Assembly: GCA_017609755.1 (NCBI GenBank)
Contig: JAFCDI010000001.1
Span: 4,400-68,399, forward strand
DNA: 64,000 nt
Direction: 5' to 3'
From: Candidatus Pacearchaeota archaeon
GTDB taxonomy: Archaea > Nanobdellota > Nanobdellia > Pacearchaeales > GW2011-AR1
Below the pieces are notes generated by a model. It was not told the origin of the DNA, did no database searches, and was given only the letters and a program-made list of their open reading frames with translations. This document shows positions 49,503 to 59,554 of this stretch, in pieces. A program made the translations under genes and the position numbers. Each line of letters begins with the position of its first letter. Position 1 is the first letter of the stretch.

Positions 49503-49569
49503 ATTACTTTCAAAAAAAATTAAGTTTAAAAAGATATGTAATTAACTATGAAAATGGAGAATTATTGAA

Positions 49570-49806
49570 ATGAAAAGATTTGGAAAAAGCATAATAAAAA
49601 GATTTGGAAAAGGAAAATTAAGAGGATATTCTGTAATACAACTTATAGAAACATCTTCAATAACTATTCACTTTGATGAAATAGAAAATAGAGCTTTTAT
49701 AGACATTTTTAGTTGCAAAAAATTTGATGAAAAAAAAGCAGAAGAATTTTCAAGAGAATTTTTCAAAGCAGAAAAATCTAAAATAAAAACTTTATTCAGG
49801 AATTAA
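49570..49806 (+). pseudogene. speD: N-terminally truncated S-adenosylmethionine decarboxylase proenzyme
   Basis: GYSVIQLIETSSITIH...FIDIFSCK; in-frame TGA at 49549; the N-terminal part is missing. Confidence 0.7.
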
Positions 49807-49867
49807 TAAGACTTATATTATTTAGAATCTAAATCTTTTTAAAGAAAAAACTCCAATTAAAAATACA

Positions 49868-50053
49868 ATGAATAAGTGGTTAGGCATTCTTGCTGGATTA
49901 ATTTTAGTAGCTGTTACAATCTATCTTGCTGGAATGAATATTTGGGGATTTAGATACGCTGCAATAAGTGTCTTTAAAGGAATGCTAATTTGGATAGTTT
50001 TCTTTATTGGATTATTATTAATAATTCTTGGAATAACTGACTTAAAAGATTAG
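49868..50053 (+). CDS. small two-TM membrane protein
   Basis: 61-aa hydrophobic ORF with a TATA-like box upstream. Confidence 0.7.
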   Translation: MNKWLGILAGLILVAVTIYLAGMNIWGFRYAAISVFKGMLIWIVFFIGLLLIILGITDLKD

Positions 50054-50649
50054 TTTCCAAAAATAAATATTAAAGTTCCTTCTATAATTGCTGCAATAAG
50101 CAATAAAGGAAGAACAATTAATAAAAAGGTTTTTATAGAATTTACAAACAAATATCTAAATTTATCTATACCTTTTTTTTGAAAGACAAAACTGCCTAGC
50201 CTCAATCCAATTCCTAATGCAAGAAAAATTGCAGGTAATTCAAATATTCCATGAGGAAGAATTCTCCATAAACTAGAAAAACCATTTTCTGCGATACTTA
50301 AAGAAGAAACAAATCCCAAAACATAGCCATTAAGCAAAAGAGCTAAAAAAGGAAAGACTCCTAGAAAAAATCCAAAAATCATTCCAAAAAAACTACTTGA
50401 TAAATTATTAAGGAGGATAAATAAAATCAATTCAAATCCAGATAGTTTAGAGGTTTTTTCTAATAAATCTGTTATTAATTCTAGAATGTAATTTAACAAA
50501 TTTCCAGAAGCAGGAAAAATAAATGCTAAAAGAAAAGATACAAAAAAGATAATAATAGAAAAATAAATAAAATTTTTAGATTCTCTTAGATATTTCCAAA
50601 TATTTTTATACTCTTCTTTAATATTAAATTGTTTCTTTCTATTAGCCAT
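50050..50649 (-). CDS. SpoIIM/DUF95 membrane protein
   Basis: LNN, NGYVLG, LPHGIFELPA, AAIIEG. Confidence 0.9.
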   Translation of the reverse strand: MANRKKQFNIKEEYKNIWKYLRESKNFIYFSIIIFFVSFLLAFIFPASGNLLNYILELITDLLEKTSKLSGFELILFILLNNLSSSFFGMIFGFFLGVFPFLALLLNGYVLGFVSSLSIAENGFSSLWRILPHGIFELPAIFLALGIGLRLGSFVFQKKGIDKFRYLFVNSIKTFLLIVLPLLLIAAIIEGTLIFIFGN

Positions 50650-50650
50650 T

Positions 50651-51322
50651 CTATGAAAAACGCCTTGAAATTGCTCTTGTTTTGTTAGGATATCTTTTTT
50701 TCAGATAAATTCCATAAAGTATTCCTGCAATCAATCCTCCAAAATGAGCGGTATTTCCTATTCCTAAATTAGTTGTTATTGAAATTAACCATAAAACAAC
50801 TAAAAGTCCTATAGCAGCATATTTGATTTTTATTGGAATTGGAATAAACATTACATATACTGGAAGATTTGGAGTCAACAATACTAAGATTCCAACCAAT
50901 CCAAATAAAGCACCTGAAGCTCCAACAGCATAAGCATTAAAATCAGCTAGAAAAACCAAAGAGAATAAAACAAAAAACAATCCTGCAACTAATCCAGAAA
51001 TAAGATAAAAACTTAAGTATCTTTTTCTTCCCAAAATTCTTTCAATCAAAGAACCTATAAAAAATAAAGAAAGCATATTAACAAAAAGATGAAAAAAATT
51101 TGCATGCATAAACATCGAAGTTAAAAAAGTCCAAAGATATTTTCCTGCAAAGATATTTGCAGGTTGCAATGCAATAGAATTAAGAGATAAAAGCTCTGTA
51201 GAAAGAAGTATTGAAAACAAAATAAATAAAATTACATTGATTGAAATTAGAATTGTATTTAAACTAAGCTTTTTAAAAAAATTATTTTTTTCTTTAACAG
51301 GAATTCTATAAACTCTAACCAT
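50651..51322 (-). CDS. rhomboid intramembrane protease
   Basis: TSMFMH..FFHLFVNM, GASGA, AHFGG. Confidence 0.94.
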   Translation of the reverse strand: MVRVYRIPVKEKNNFFKKLSLNTILISINVILFILFSILLSTELLSLNSIALQPANIFAGKYLWTFLTSMFMHANFFHLFVNMLSLFFIGSLIERILGRKRYLSFYLISGLVAGLFFVLFSLVFLADFNAYAVGASGALFGLVGILVLLTPNLPVYVMFIPIPIKIKYAAIGLLVVLWLISITTNLGIGNTAHFGGLIAGILYGIYLKKRYPNKTRAISRRFS

Positions 51323-52150
51323 TTATTTTTTTCTTTTAGAAGATTTAGAAGTTTTAATTGATTTTTTCTTAACTATCTTCTTTTTTACTAGTGCTTTTTT
51401 CTTAACAACCTTTTTCTTAATTGTTGCTTTTTTCTTAACAGGTTTCTTTTTAGCAACTTTCTTTTTTACTGAAGCTTTTTTCTTAACTATCTTCTTTTTT
51501 GTAGTTGATTTTTCTTTTTGCAGTTTCTTTCGAGTTGCTTTTCTTTTAGCTGCAGCAATTGCTTTTTTTCTTGCTTTTTCTTTCTCTTCTTTCTTAATCT
51601 CTTTTAAACGTTGCTTGTCTAATTTTTCCTGTTCCTTATTAACCTCTAATTGAATAAGTTTTAATTTGCTTTCTAATTTAGAGATTTCTTTTTTTAATTC
51701 CCGCAATAATTTAGTGTTGTCCTTTAAAGTATAAACCTCTCCACATTCATTGCAGGTGAAATCGTGCAAAAGAGCGTTTTCTTGGTTAACTTCTATATTA
51801 CATTGAGAACAAACATAAAATTCTTTACTCTCTCTACTTTTAACTTGATTTTTTAATTGAATTATTTTCTGAGAAACTATTTCAGACAAAAATTCTAAAG
51901 ATTTTAAAACTTCTATTTTCCAAAAATAAGTATACCATCCTTTTCTTTTATCTTTTTTTCTTATAGATGAAATTAATCCGTGGTCAGCTATTTTATAGAG
52001 AATATTTCTAGTTTGATTAATTGTAATTCCTAACTTCTTTGCTATTATAAATTCGTTTACATATTTTTTTCCATCGAGCATATCAATTATGTCTTCTGCC
52101 TGTTTTCCGACGACAATTGTTATTACTTCCTTGAGAAATGTTTTAAGCAT
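51323..52150 (-). CDS. tfe: transcription factor E alpha with lysine-rich H1-like tail
   Basis: IAKKLGITINQTRNILY, GWYTYFW, FYVCSQC...FTCNECG and a KKKxx repeat tail. Confidence 0.9.
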   Translation of the reverse strand: MLKTFLKEVITIVVGKQAEDIIDMLDGKKYVNEFIIAKKLGITINQTRNILYKIADHGLISSIRKKDKRKGWYTYFWKIEVLKSLEFLSEIVSQKIIQLKNQVKSRESKEFYVCSQCNIEVNQENALLHDFTCNECGEVYTLKDNTKLLRELKKEISKLESKLKLIQLEVNKEQEKLDKQRLKEIKKEEKEKARKKAIAAAKRKATRKKLQKEKSTTKKKIVKKKASVKKKVAKKKPVKKKATIKKKVVKKKALVKKKIVKKKSIKTSKSSKRKK

Positions 52151-52290
52151 CCTTTTATTAAAAAAAATCCAAATAAATACCTTTCGGTTAATTTTATAAA
52201 AAGATAAAAGTTTTTAAACCTATATTGTATTTTATATATATCAAAAACTCTATGTTAAATAACATCCGTTAAAAAGAGTTAAAAGAAAAG

Positions 52291-52953
52291 ATGGGATTAT
52301 TTAAAAAAGAAAAAGGAAGTAAAGAAAAGAATTTTAAAGAACTTCCACACTTACCAGAACTTCCTAAACTTCCAGAATTAGAAGACTATGGAAATTCTGA
52401 ATTTTATTCTAAATCAATCCATCAACTTCCTAAATATCCAAATAATTCAGCTGGAGATAAATTTTCTCAATATAGCATTAAAGAAGCTGTAGCTGGGGGA
52501 AAAGAAGGTGAGGGAAGTTTTGAAGCAGATGACTTTGCAAGTTCTTCGCAAATGATGCCAAAAGCTCCCAAAAAACAATTTGTTCAAGAAATTCCTGATA
52601 TTTCAGATGAAGATGAACAAGAAAAATATACTTTTTCTACAGAAGAAAGTCCTCAAGAAGTTTTAAATGAGTCTCTAGGAGCAAGTACTCGAGAAATTGC
52701 TGAAATTCCTAGATTTTCAAGAAAAATGCAAAAACAAGAACCTATCTTTATTAGATTAGATAAATTTGAAGAAAGCTTAGATTTATTTAAGAAAGTAAAG
52801 AAACAAATTTCAGAAATAGAAACAATGTTAAAAGATATTAAAAAGCTTAAGGACGAAGAAGAAAAAGAACTAGAATTGTGGGAAAAAGAAATGCAATCAA
52901 TTAAAATTCAAGTTGAAAAAGTTGATAGAGATATTTTTTCTAAAGTAGAATAA
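52291..52953 (+). CDS. hypothetical protein, disordered with C-terminal coiled coil
   Basis: MGLF start, LPELP repeats, PIFIRLDKF and a coiled coil. Confidence 0.7.
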   Translation: MGLFKKEKGSKEKNFKELPHLPELPKLPELEDYGNSEFYSKSIHQLPKYPNNSAGDKFSQYSIKEAVAGGKEGEGSFEADDFASSSQMMPKAPKKQFVQEIPDISDEDEQEKYTFSTEESPQEVLNESLGASTREIAEIPRFSRKMQKQEPIFIRLDKFEESLDLFKKVKKQISEIETMLKDIKKLKDEEEKELELWEKEMQSIKIQVEKVDRDIFSKVE

Positions 52954-52955
52954 AA

Positions 52956-53312
52956 ATGGCAGAAGTAATCCACATAAAATTAGATTACAATGAAGCACTT
53001 CAATCTAAAAAAGATATTCTAAATTCTGAAATGGGTTTATTAAAAATTGCAAAAGCCATAAAAAATCATAAAATTCTAAGAACAGAAGAATTAAAAATCA
53101 AATTAAGAGCATCTAGAAAATTAAAAGATTTAAAATCAAACATTTCAAAACTTCAGACAACTCTTCCTAAAGTAAAAATACCTGAAATTCTAGAAAAAGA
53201 AGAGGATGAAGAAAATACTAAAACAAAACAAAAAATAGAAAAAAGACCTTATGATGCTAGTCTAGAAGAACAATTACAAGAAATTCGAGAAAAATTAATG
53301 CAACTAAAATAA
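52956..53312 (+). CDS. hypothetical coiled-coil protein
   Basis: Coupled to the previous gene; LEEQLQEIREKL end. Confidence 0.7.
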   Translation: MAEVIHIKLDYNEALQSKKDILNSEMGLLKIAKAIKNHKILRTEELKIKLRASRKLKDLKSNISKLQTTLPKVKIPEILEKEEDEENTKTKQKIEKRPYDASLEEQLQEIREKLMQLK

Positions 53313-53352
53313 TATCAAATAATTTTTAAAACTCTTCTTTCTTAAAATAAAT

Positions 53353-55053
53353 ATGATAAATAGAAAAATATTAATAGAAAAATATCTAAAATTCTTTAAA
53401 TCAAAAAACCACAAAATTATTCCTAATGCTCCTCTAATTCCTGAAAATGATCCAAGTGCTCTTTTCATTTCAGCGGGAATGCATCCTCTAGTTCCTTTTT
53501 TACTAGGACAAAAACATCCATTAGGAAAAAGATTAGTTAGCATTCAAAAATGCATAAGAACAACAGATATAGAAGAGGTAGGAGATAATTGCCACCATAC
53601 TTTTATTGAAATGCTTGGAAATTGGAGCCTTGGAGATTATTGGAAAAAGAATTCAATTAAATATAGTTTAGAATTTTTAACAGAAATTCTAAAAATTCCA
53701 AAAAAAGAAATAAAAGTTACTTGTTTTAAAGGAGATAAAAATTCTCCAAAAGATATTGAATCCGAAAAGATTTGGAAAGATTTAGGAATTAAAAAAATAG
53801 AATTCTTAGGAAAAAAGGAAAATTGGTGGGGACCAGTAGGAAAGACTGGGCCTTGTGGCCCAGACACAGAAATATTTGTTAAGAATATAGAAATATGGAA
53901 CAATGTTTTTATGGAATACTTTCAAAATAAAGAAGGAAAACTAGAATTTCTTAAGCAAAAAAATGTAGATACTGGAATGGGTTTAGAAAGAACTTTAGCA
54001 ATTTTAAAGGGTTATGAAGACAACTATCTAACAGAAATATGGATGCCTATTATAAAAAAAATAGAAGAAATCTCTAAAAGAAAATACTCTGAAAATAAAG
54101 AAATTACTAAGATTATGAGAATAATTGCAGACCATATAAAGGCCTCAGTATTTATACTTGCAGAAGGAATTGTTCCAGGAAATTCAGAACAGAGTTATGT
54201 TTTAAGAAGATTAATTAGACGTGCAGTTAGATATGGAAAAAAATTAAATATGAAGAATTTCACAATTTCAATAGCAGAACCAATTTTTAAGATATTTGAG
54301 AATTATGAAGAACTAAAAACAAACAAAAAGAAAATTCTAGAAGAATTAAAAAAAGAAGAAGAAAGATTTTCAAGAACATTAGAAAAAGGTTTAAATAGGT
54401 TTCAGAAATTTGCAAAAGATAAAAATGAACTTTCTGGAAAACAATGTTTTCTTTTATATCAGAGTTTTGGATTTCCTATTGAAATGATTGAAGAAGAGTG
54501 TCAAAAACAAAAAATTAAAATCTCTAAAAAAGATTTTGAAAAAGCAAATAAGGAACATCAAAAAATTTCTAGAACAGCAACAGCAGGAAGATTCAAATCT
54601 GGTTTAGCGGATTCTTCAGAGTCAACAACAAAATTGCATACAGCAGCGCATTTATTATTACAAGCTCTTAAGATAATACTCAAAAAGAATTCAATAGTTC
54701 AAAAAGGTTCAAACATAACTCCAGAAAGATTGAGATTAGATTTTTCTTTTTCTAGAAAATTAACAAAAGAAGAAATAGAAAAAATAGAAAATTTAGTAAA
54801 TGCTCAAATTCAAAATTCTTGCGAGGTAATTAGAAAAGAAATGCCTTTAAAAGAAGCAAAGAAACAAGGCGCTTGTGGAATCTTTGATAAAAAATACGGA
54901 GATAAAGTTTCAGTTTATTCAATAGGGAATTTTTCAAAAGAAATTTGTACAGGCCCTCATGTAAAAAATACTTGTGAACTAGGAAAATTTAAAATAATAA
55001 AAGAAGAGTCAGTTGGAGCAGGAATAAGGCGTATTAAAGCAATATTAGAATAA
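53353..55053 (+). CDS. alaS: alanyl-tRNA synthetase, compact, lacking the C-Ala domain
   Basis: LFISAGM.P, HTFIEMLGN, GPCGP, DTGMGLER, HTAAHL, CTGPHV, GIRRIKA. Confidence 0.95.
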   Translation: MINRKILIEKYLKFFKSKNHKIIPNAPLIPENDPSALFISAGMHPLVPFLLGQKHPLGKRLVSIQKCIRTTDIEEVGDNCHHTFIEMLGNWSLGDYWKKNSIKYSLEFLTEILKIPKKEIKVTCFKGDKNSPKDIESEKIWKDLGIKKIEFLGKKENWWGPVGKTGPCGPDTEIFVKNIEIWNNVFMEYFQNKEGKLEFLKQKNVDTGMGLERTLAILKGYEDNYLTEIWMPIIKKIEEISKRKYSENKEITKIMRIIADHIKASVFILAEGIVPGNSEQSYVLRRLIRRAVRYGKKLNMKNFTISIAEPIFKIFENYEELKTNKKKILEELKKEEERFSRTLEKGLNRFQKFAKDKNELSGKQCFLLYQSFGFPIEMIEEECQKQKIKISKKDFEKANKEHQKISRTATAGRFKSGLADSSESTTKLHTAAHLLLQALKIILKKNSIVQKGSNITPERLRLDFSFSRKLTKEEIEKIENLVNAQIQNSCEVIRKEMPLKEAKKQGACGIFDKKYGDKVSVYSIGNFSKEICTGPHVKNTCELGKFKIIKEESVGAGIRRIKAILE

Positions 55054-55069
55054 AAAATAAATTAAGTCC

Positions 55070-55456
55070 TTATAAAAATAATTCTATAAATACCCAAACC
55101 ATTAAAGCCAACCAAAGAAGTATGTATAGCCAATATGTTTTGAATAAAGTTTTATCTTTCATATGTTTTTCATAGATCGGAATTATTTTCTTAATTGGTT
55201 CTGCAAATCCTATTGCTATAAAAAGAGCTGCAAATGCCATAATTGCAAAGATTTCAACAACTGTAAAGACTTGAATTAAATAGTAAAATACAACTACCAA
55301 CAAGATGAAAACTACTAGCTTAAAGATTATCTCTTTTTTATACAGTCTTTTTGTAAGATTCATCCAGGCTTTACCATTAATTAAAAGAACCAACATCTTA
55401 ATTGCTGCAACAATTAATAAAACCAATGCTATGATTTCTACTGGTGTAAATGCCAT
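55070..55456 (-). CDS. hypothetical membrane protein
   Basis: Four TM-like segments; SD AGGAGG. Confidence 0.7.
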   Translation of the reverse strand: MAFTPVEIIALVLLIVAAIKMLVLLINGKAWMNLTKRLYKKEIIFKLVVFILLVVVFYYLIQVFTVVEIFAIMAFAALFIAIGFAEPIKKIIPIYEKHMKDKTLFKTYWLYILLWLALMVWVFIELFL

Positions 55457-55508
55457 TTATTTCTCCTCCTTTTAAAAATATTAGACTAAACTAGTATTTA
55501 ATTCTTTT

Positions 55509-56504
55509 TTATAATCCATATCTTCTTTGAAGAATTCTAAAACTAAAATGTTGAAAAAAATTAAGTCCTCCTCTTTGCTCTATTCTTCTTCGCATTTCTT
55601 TTAAAATTTCTGAATCTCTATACTCTCTCATATATTTCAAAGAAATTCCTTCAGAAGCTTTAATAATCTTAGGATAAGAAGTTAATTTTTCTCCTCCCAA
55701 ATAAATATTTTCATTATCTGCAAGAATAGAGGGCCCAGTAGCCTCCACAAAACAATAACTAGTATTTAAAAATCCATATTCTTCAGGACATTTTATTCCA
55801 ACTGAATCATGATTTTCTTTTTCATGATAAAAAAACACTGTTTCATATCCTATTTCTCTAAGAAGAAAAACAAGCAATTCTGATTTAGAAGCACAAGTCC
55901 CTTGTTCATTGTATAAAACTTCATAAGGATATCTCGAATAATTAATCGAATATCCTCCTACAGAAAGAGATTCATTTGAATATCCAAATTCAATATTTTG
56001 AACAAGACTTATAGCTATTCGAGCCTGATTTTCTGTATTTTTTTCTAAATTTTGTATTTTAATAACTAAAGGCATTAATAGAATTCTCTGATTTTCTTCA
56101 TTTATTTTTCTTAGTTTAAAATCATCTTTTTTAGGTTCTTCTCCATTTGAATAAAAAAGATAATCAGGAGAATAAAAAAGATAATTCGCCATTTTTTCAT
56201 AAACTATCATAGAAATATTAAATTCTTTTCCAGAGAAAAAGTAAGTTAAATTTATTTCTTTAGGATTTTCTTGATAGGGAGAAATACATAAATTTCCTTG
56301 AATTTCAGTTAAATTTGGACATCCGCAAATAGATGCTTTCTCAATTAAAATTCCATTCTCGTCGCAAAAATAAGGAGAATTTTTAGAACACTCTCCAATT
56401 TTTGTTCCATCTCCACAAGAATTAAAGCTATCAAAAAATCCAGCACTTCCAAAATTAATTAAAAGAATAAACAGAAAAATTAAGAAATATTTTTTAAAAT
56501 TCAT
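55509..56504 (-). CDS. secreted transglutaminase-like protein with Cys-rich N-domain
   Basis: Signal peptide; YPYEVLY..QGTCASKS.L...LL...GY, H.SVGI, FVEAT. Confidence 0.75.
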   Translation of the reverse strand: MNFKKYFLIFLFILLINFGSAGFFDSFNSCGDGTKIGECSKNSPYFCDENGILIEKASICGCPNLTEIQGNLCISPYQENPKEINLTYFFSGKEFNISMIVYEKMANYLFYSPDYLFYSNGEEPKKDDFKLRKINEENQRILLMPLVIKIQNLEKNTENQARIAISLVQNIEFGYSNESLSVGGYSINYSRYPYEVLYNEQGTCASKSELLVFLLREIGYETVFFYHEKENHDSVGIKCPEEYGFLNTSYCFVEATGPSILADNENIYLGGEKLTSYPKIIKASEGISLKYMREYRDSEILKEMRRRIEQRGGLNFFQHFSFRILQRRYGL

Positions 56505-58933
56505 TCTAAATAAATTGCAGGCCTTTGGAGTTTTGCTTTTTTGGATATATTTAAAGGATCATACTTATTTTTATCATTAACCAAAAAAAGATTAATTTTC
56601 TTTGAAAATCTTTGATTAATCAAATTAATATCATATATCTCCTTATCTTTTGGAAGAATATAAACATAAATTTTCTTTTTATTCTCCACTAATTTAAGAA
56701 TATTGTTAATATCTCCAATCAATTTATCAATTGCTAAATCTTGCTTTTCAAAAATTTCTTTTATTTTTTTCTTATTCGCAATAGGCCATTTTTGTAGATT
56801 AATAAAATTTTTATTTCCTAGTTTATGCCAAAGTTCTTCTGTAATATGCGGGCAAAAAGGATGAAGCAATTTTAGAAAATTTTCTAAAATATTCTTGGAA
56901 GTTTTTAAAGGAAGAGCATCAAAAAGTTCTCTTAACTTAATTACGGCTAAATTATATTTAAAATTAGAAATATTTTCTTCAATCTCTAAAATACATTTAT
57001 TAATTTTACTCTCAATTCTTGTATCTGCTTTTCCAATTTTTACTTTATTAAAATATTCCATTACTCTTTTTATAAATCTAAATGCTCCTGAAATTCCTTT
57101 TTCACTCCAATCAATATCTTTATCTGGAGAAGCCATAGAAACTAAAAAAAATCTAGCTGTATCAATTCCATATTTTTCAGAAACTTCCTCTGGCAAAATA
57201 ACATTTCCTTTTGATTTAGACATAACAGAACCATCCTCTCCATGCAACATTCCTTGATTAAATAAATTTAAAACAGGCTCATTAAAATTCAATAATCCCA
57301 AATCTCTAAGAAATTTTGTATAAAATCTAAAATAAATCAAATGCATACATGCGTGCTCTTTTCCACCAATATATTGGTCTATAGGCATCCAATATCTAAC
57401 TTTTCTTTCATCAAATATTTTTTTCTGATTTTTAGAATCGCAATATCTTAAAAAATACCAAGAAGAATTAACAAAAGTGTCCATAGTATCTGTTTCTCTT
57501 TTAGCAATTCCTCTACATTTAGGACATTTAATTTTAATCCATTTTTCGTTTGTCTCTAAAGGGTTGCCCTTTCCAAATTCAACTTTATCTGGTAATTCTA
57601 TAGGCAAATCTTTTTCAGGAACAGGAACCACTCCACATTTTTCGCAATAAATGATTGGAATAGGAGTTCCCCAATATCTCTGTCTTGAAATCAACCAATC
57701 TCTTAATTTATATTGGGTTGCTTTTTTTCCTAAATTTTTCTTATTAAGATATTTAATTATCTCTTCTTTTGCTTTTTCACTTTCAAGTCCATTAAAATTT
57801 CCTGAATTAATTAAAGTTCCTTTTTCAACATAGGCTTTTTCTTTTACATTTCCTCCCTTAATAACCTCTTTAATTGAAATATTGTATTTTTTTGCAAATT
57901 CAAAATCTCTAAAATCGTGTGCAGGAACAGCCATTACCATTCCACTGCCATAATCAGCAACTACAAAATTTCCAATCCAAATTGGAATTTCATCTCCATT
58001 AATTGGATTTTTTGCATAAGAGCCTGTAAATACTCCCTCTTTTTCTAAATTTCCCAAATCTTTTTTACTAGTTGTTTTTATTTTCTTCAAAAAATTGTCA
58101 ACTTCTTCTTTTTGTTCTGCTGTAACTAAATTATTTAATTTAGAATGTTGAGCAGAAATAACCATAAAAGTAACTCCATAAATTGTATCTGGACGTGTTG
58201 TAAAAATAGGCCATTTCTCTCCATTAATTTCAAATAAAATTTCAACTCCCGAACTTTTTCCTATCCAGTGTTTTTGCATGGATTTTACCTCATCAGGCCA
58301 ATTATTAAGATTATCTAAATTATCATTTAATTCTTCTGCATAATCTGTTATTTTAAAAAACCATTGCTCTAAATTTTTAATCTGAACTTCAGTATTCTCA
58401 TGTCTCCAACATTTTCCATTGTGTACTTGTTCATTTGCCAAAACAGTATTGCATTGAGGACACCAATTAACAGGTGCTTTTTTTCTATAAGCCAATCCTT
58501 TTTCATACATTTTAAGAAAAATCCACTGGTCCCATTTATAATAACTAGAATCAGAAGTTTTCAGCATTCGGCTCCAATCATAACTTAATCCAAGAGATTT
58601 TTGCTGTCTTATAAAATTTTCAATAGAATTCTCTGTATATTTTTTTGGAGAAATTCCAACTTTAATAGCTGCATTTTCAGCAGGTAATCCAAGAGAGTCA
58701 TATCCCATAGGATAAAGAACATTAAATCCCTTCATTCTTTTAAATCGAGCACAAATATCTCCAATAACATAATTAAAAGCATGCCCCATATGTAATCCAG
58801 AACCAGAAGGATAAGGAAACATTTCTAAAATATAAAACTTCTTTTTTTTACTTTGTTGCTTAACTTCAAAGATTTTTTTATTTTCCCAATTTTTCTGCCA
58901 TTTGGATTCAATTTTTTTAAAATCTATTTCCAT
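56501..58933 (-). CDS. leuS: leucyl-tRNA synthetase, bacterial type
   Basis: LEMFPYPSG..LHMGH, FTTRPDT, DWLISRQRYWG, DTFVNSSWY, VMSKSKGN. Confidence 0.95.
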   Translation of the reverse strand: MEIDFKKIESKWQKNWENKKIFEVKQQSKKKKFYILEMFPYPSGSGLHMGHAFNYVIGDICARFKRMKGFNVLYPMGYDSLGLPAENAAIKVGISPKKYTENSIENFIRQQKSLGLSYDWSRMLKTSDSSYYKWDQWIFLKMYEKGLAYRKKAPVNWCPQCNTVLANEQVHNGKCWRHENTEVQIKNLEQWFFKITDYAEELNDNLDNLNNWPDEVKSMQKHWIGKSSGVEILFEINGEKWPIFTTRPDTIYGVTFMVISAQHSKLNNLVTAEQKEEVDNFLKKIKTTSKKDLGNLEKEGVFTGSYAKNPINGDEIPIWIGNFVVADYGSGMVMAVPAHDFRDFEFAKKYNISIKEVIKGGNVKEKAYVEKGTLINSGNFNGLESEKAKEEIIKYLNKKNLGKKATQYKLRDWLISRQRYWGTPIPIIYCEKCGVVPVPEKDLPIELPDKVEFGKGNPLETNEKWIKIKCPKCRGIAKRETDTMDTFVNSSWYFLRYCDSKNQKKIFDERKVRYWMPIDQYIGGKEHACMHLIYFRFYTKFLRDLGLLNFNEPVLNLFNQGMLHGEDGSVMSKSKGNVILPEEVSEKYGIDTARFFLVSMASPDKDIDWSEKGISGAFRFIKRVMEYFNKVKIGKADTRIESKINKCILEIEENISNFKYNLAVIKLRELFDALPLKTSKNILENFLKLLHPFCPHITEELWHKLGNKNFINLQKWPIANKKKIKEIFEKQDLAIDKLIGDINNILKLVENKKKIYVYILPKDKEIYDINLINQRFSKKINLFLVNDKNKYDPLNISKKAKLQRPAIYLE

Positions 58934-58985
58934 GAGAAAATAAAAACTCAGCAACTTTTAAATATTGTCTTATACTAATAATAGC

Positions 58986-59504
58986 ATGAAAAAGATAATT
59001 GCTCATTTAACTGGACAAATTGTTTCAAGTAATACTTCTGAGGCAAAATTTCTTCATAAAAAAAGTAGTTTCGGAGAAATAATAGATGATAAAATCCAGT
59101 ATTCTTTAGCAGAAACTCTATATTTATTAGAAAAAGGAAAAATGGAGATTAATTTCCGTTCAAAAAAACTCTCAACAAAAGAACTACTAAATAAATTTAG
59201 AAGAATTGATAAAAGAATACAACTAAAATATCCTGTATTTAGAAATTTAAGAGAAAAAGGTTATTTAGTAAAAACCGCTTTAAAATTTGGAGCAGATTTT
59301 AGAGTTTATGAAAAAGGAGCAAAAATAGGAAAACAGCATGCAAAATGGATTGTGTTTGTTGATTCTGAGACAAATAAAATCACTTGGCATGAATTTTCTG
59401 CAAAAAATAGAGTTGCTCATTCAACAAGAAAAAATTTACTTCTAGCAATAGTAGACGAAGAAAACAGCATTACTTATTATGAAATTAGATGGTTAAAGCC
59501 TTAG
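58986..59504 (+). CDS. endA: tRNA splicing endonuclease, catalytic subunit
   Basis: LREKGY.VKTALKFGADFRVY, QHAKW, RVAHSTRK; Y-H-K triad present. Confidence 0.93.
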   Translation: MKKIIAHLTGQIVSSNTSEAKFLHKKSSFGEIIDDKIQYSLAETLYLLEKGKMEINFRSKKLSTKELLNKFRRIDKRIQLKYPVFRNLREKGYLVKTALKFGADFRVYEKGAKIGKQHAKWIVFVDSETNKITWHEFSAKNRVAHSTRKNLLLAIVDEENSITYYEIRWLKP

Positions 59505-59554
59505 ATTTTTTAATTTTATCTTAATCTTTAGAAATTATAATCTTAAAAAGATTT

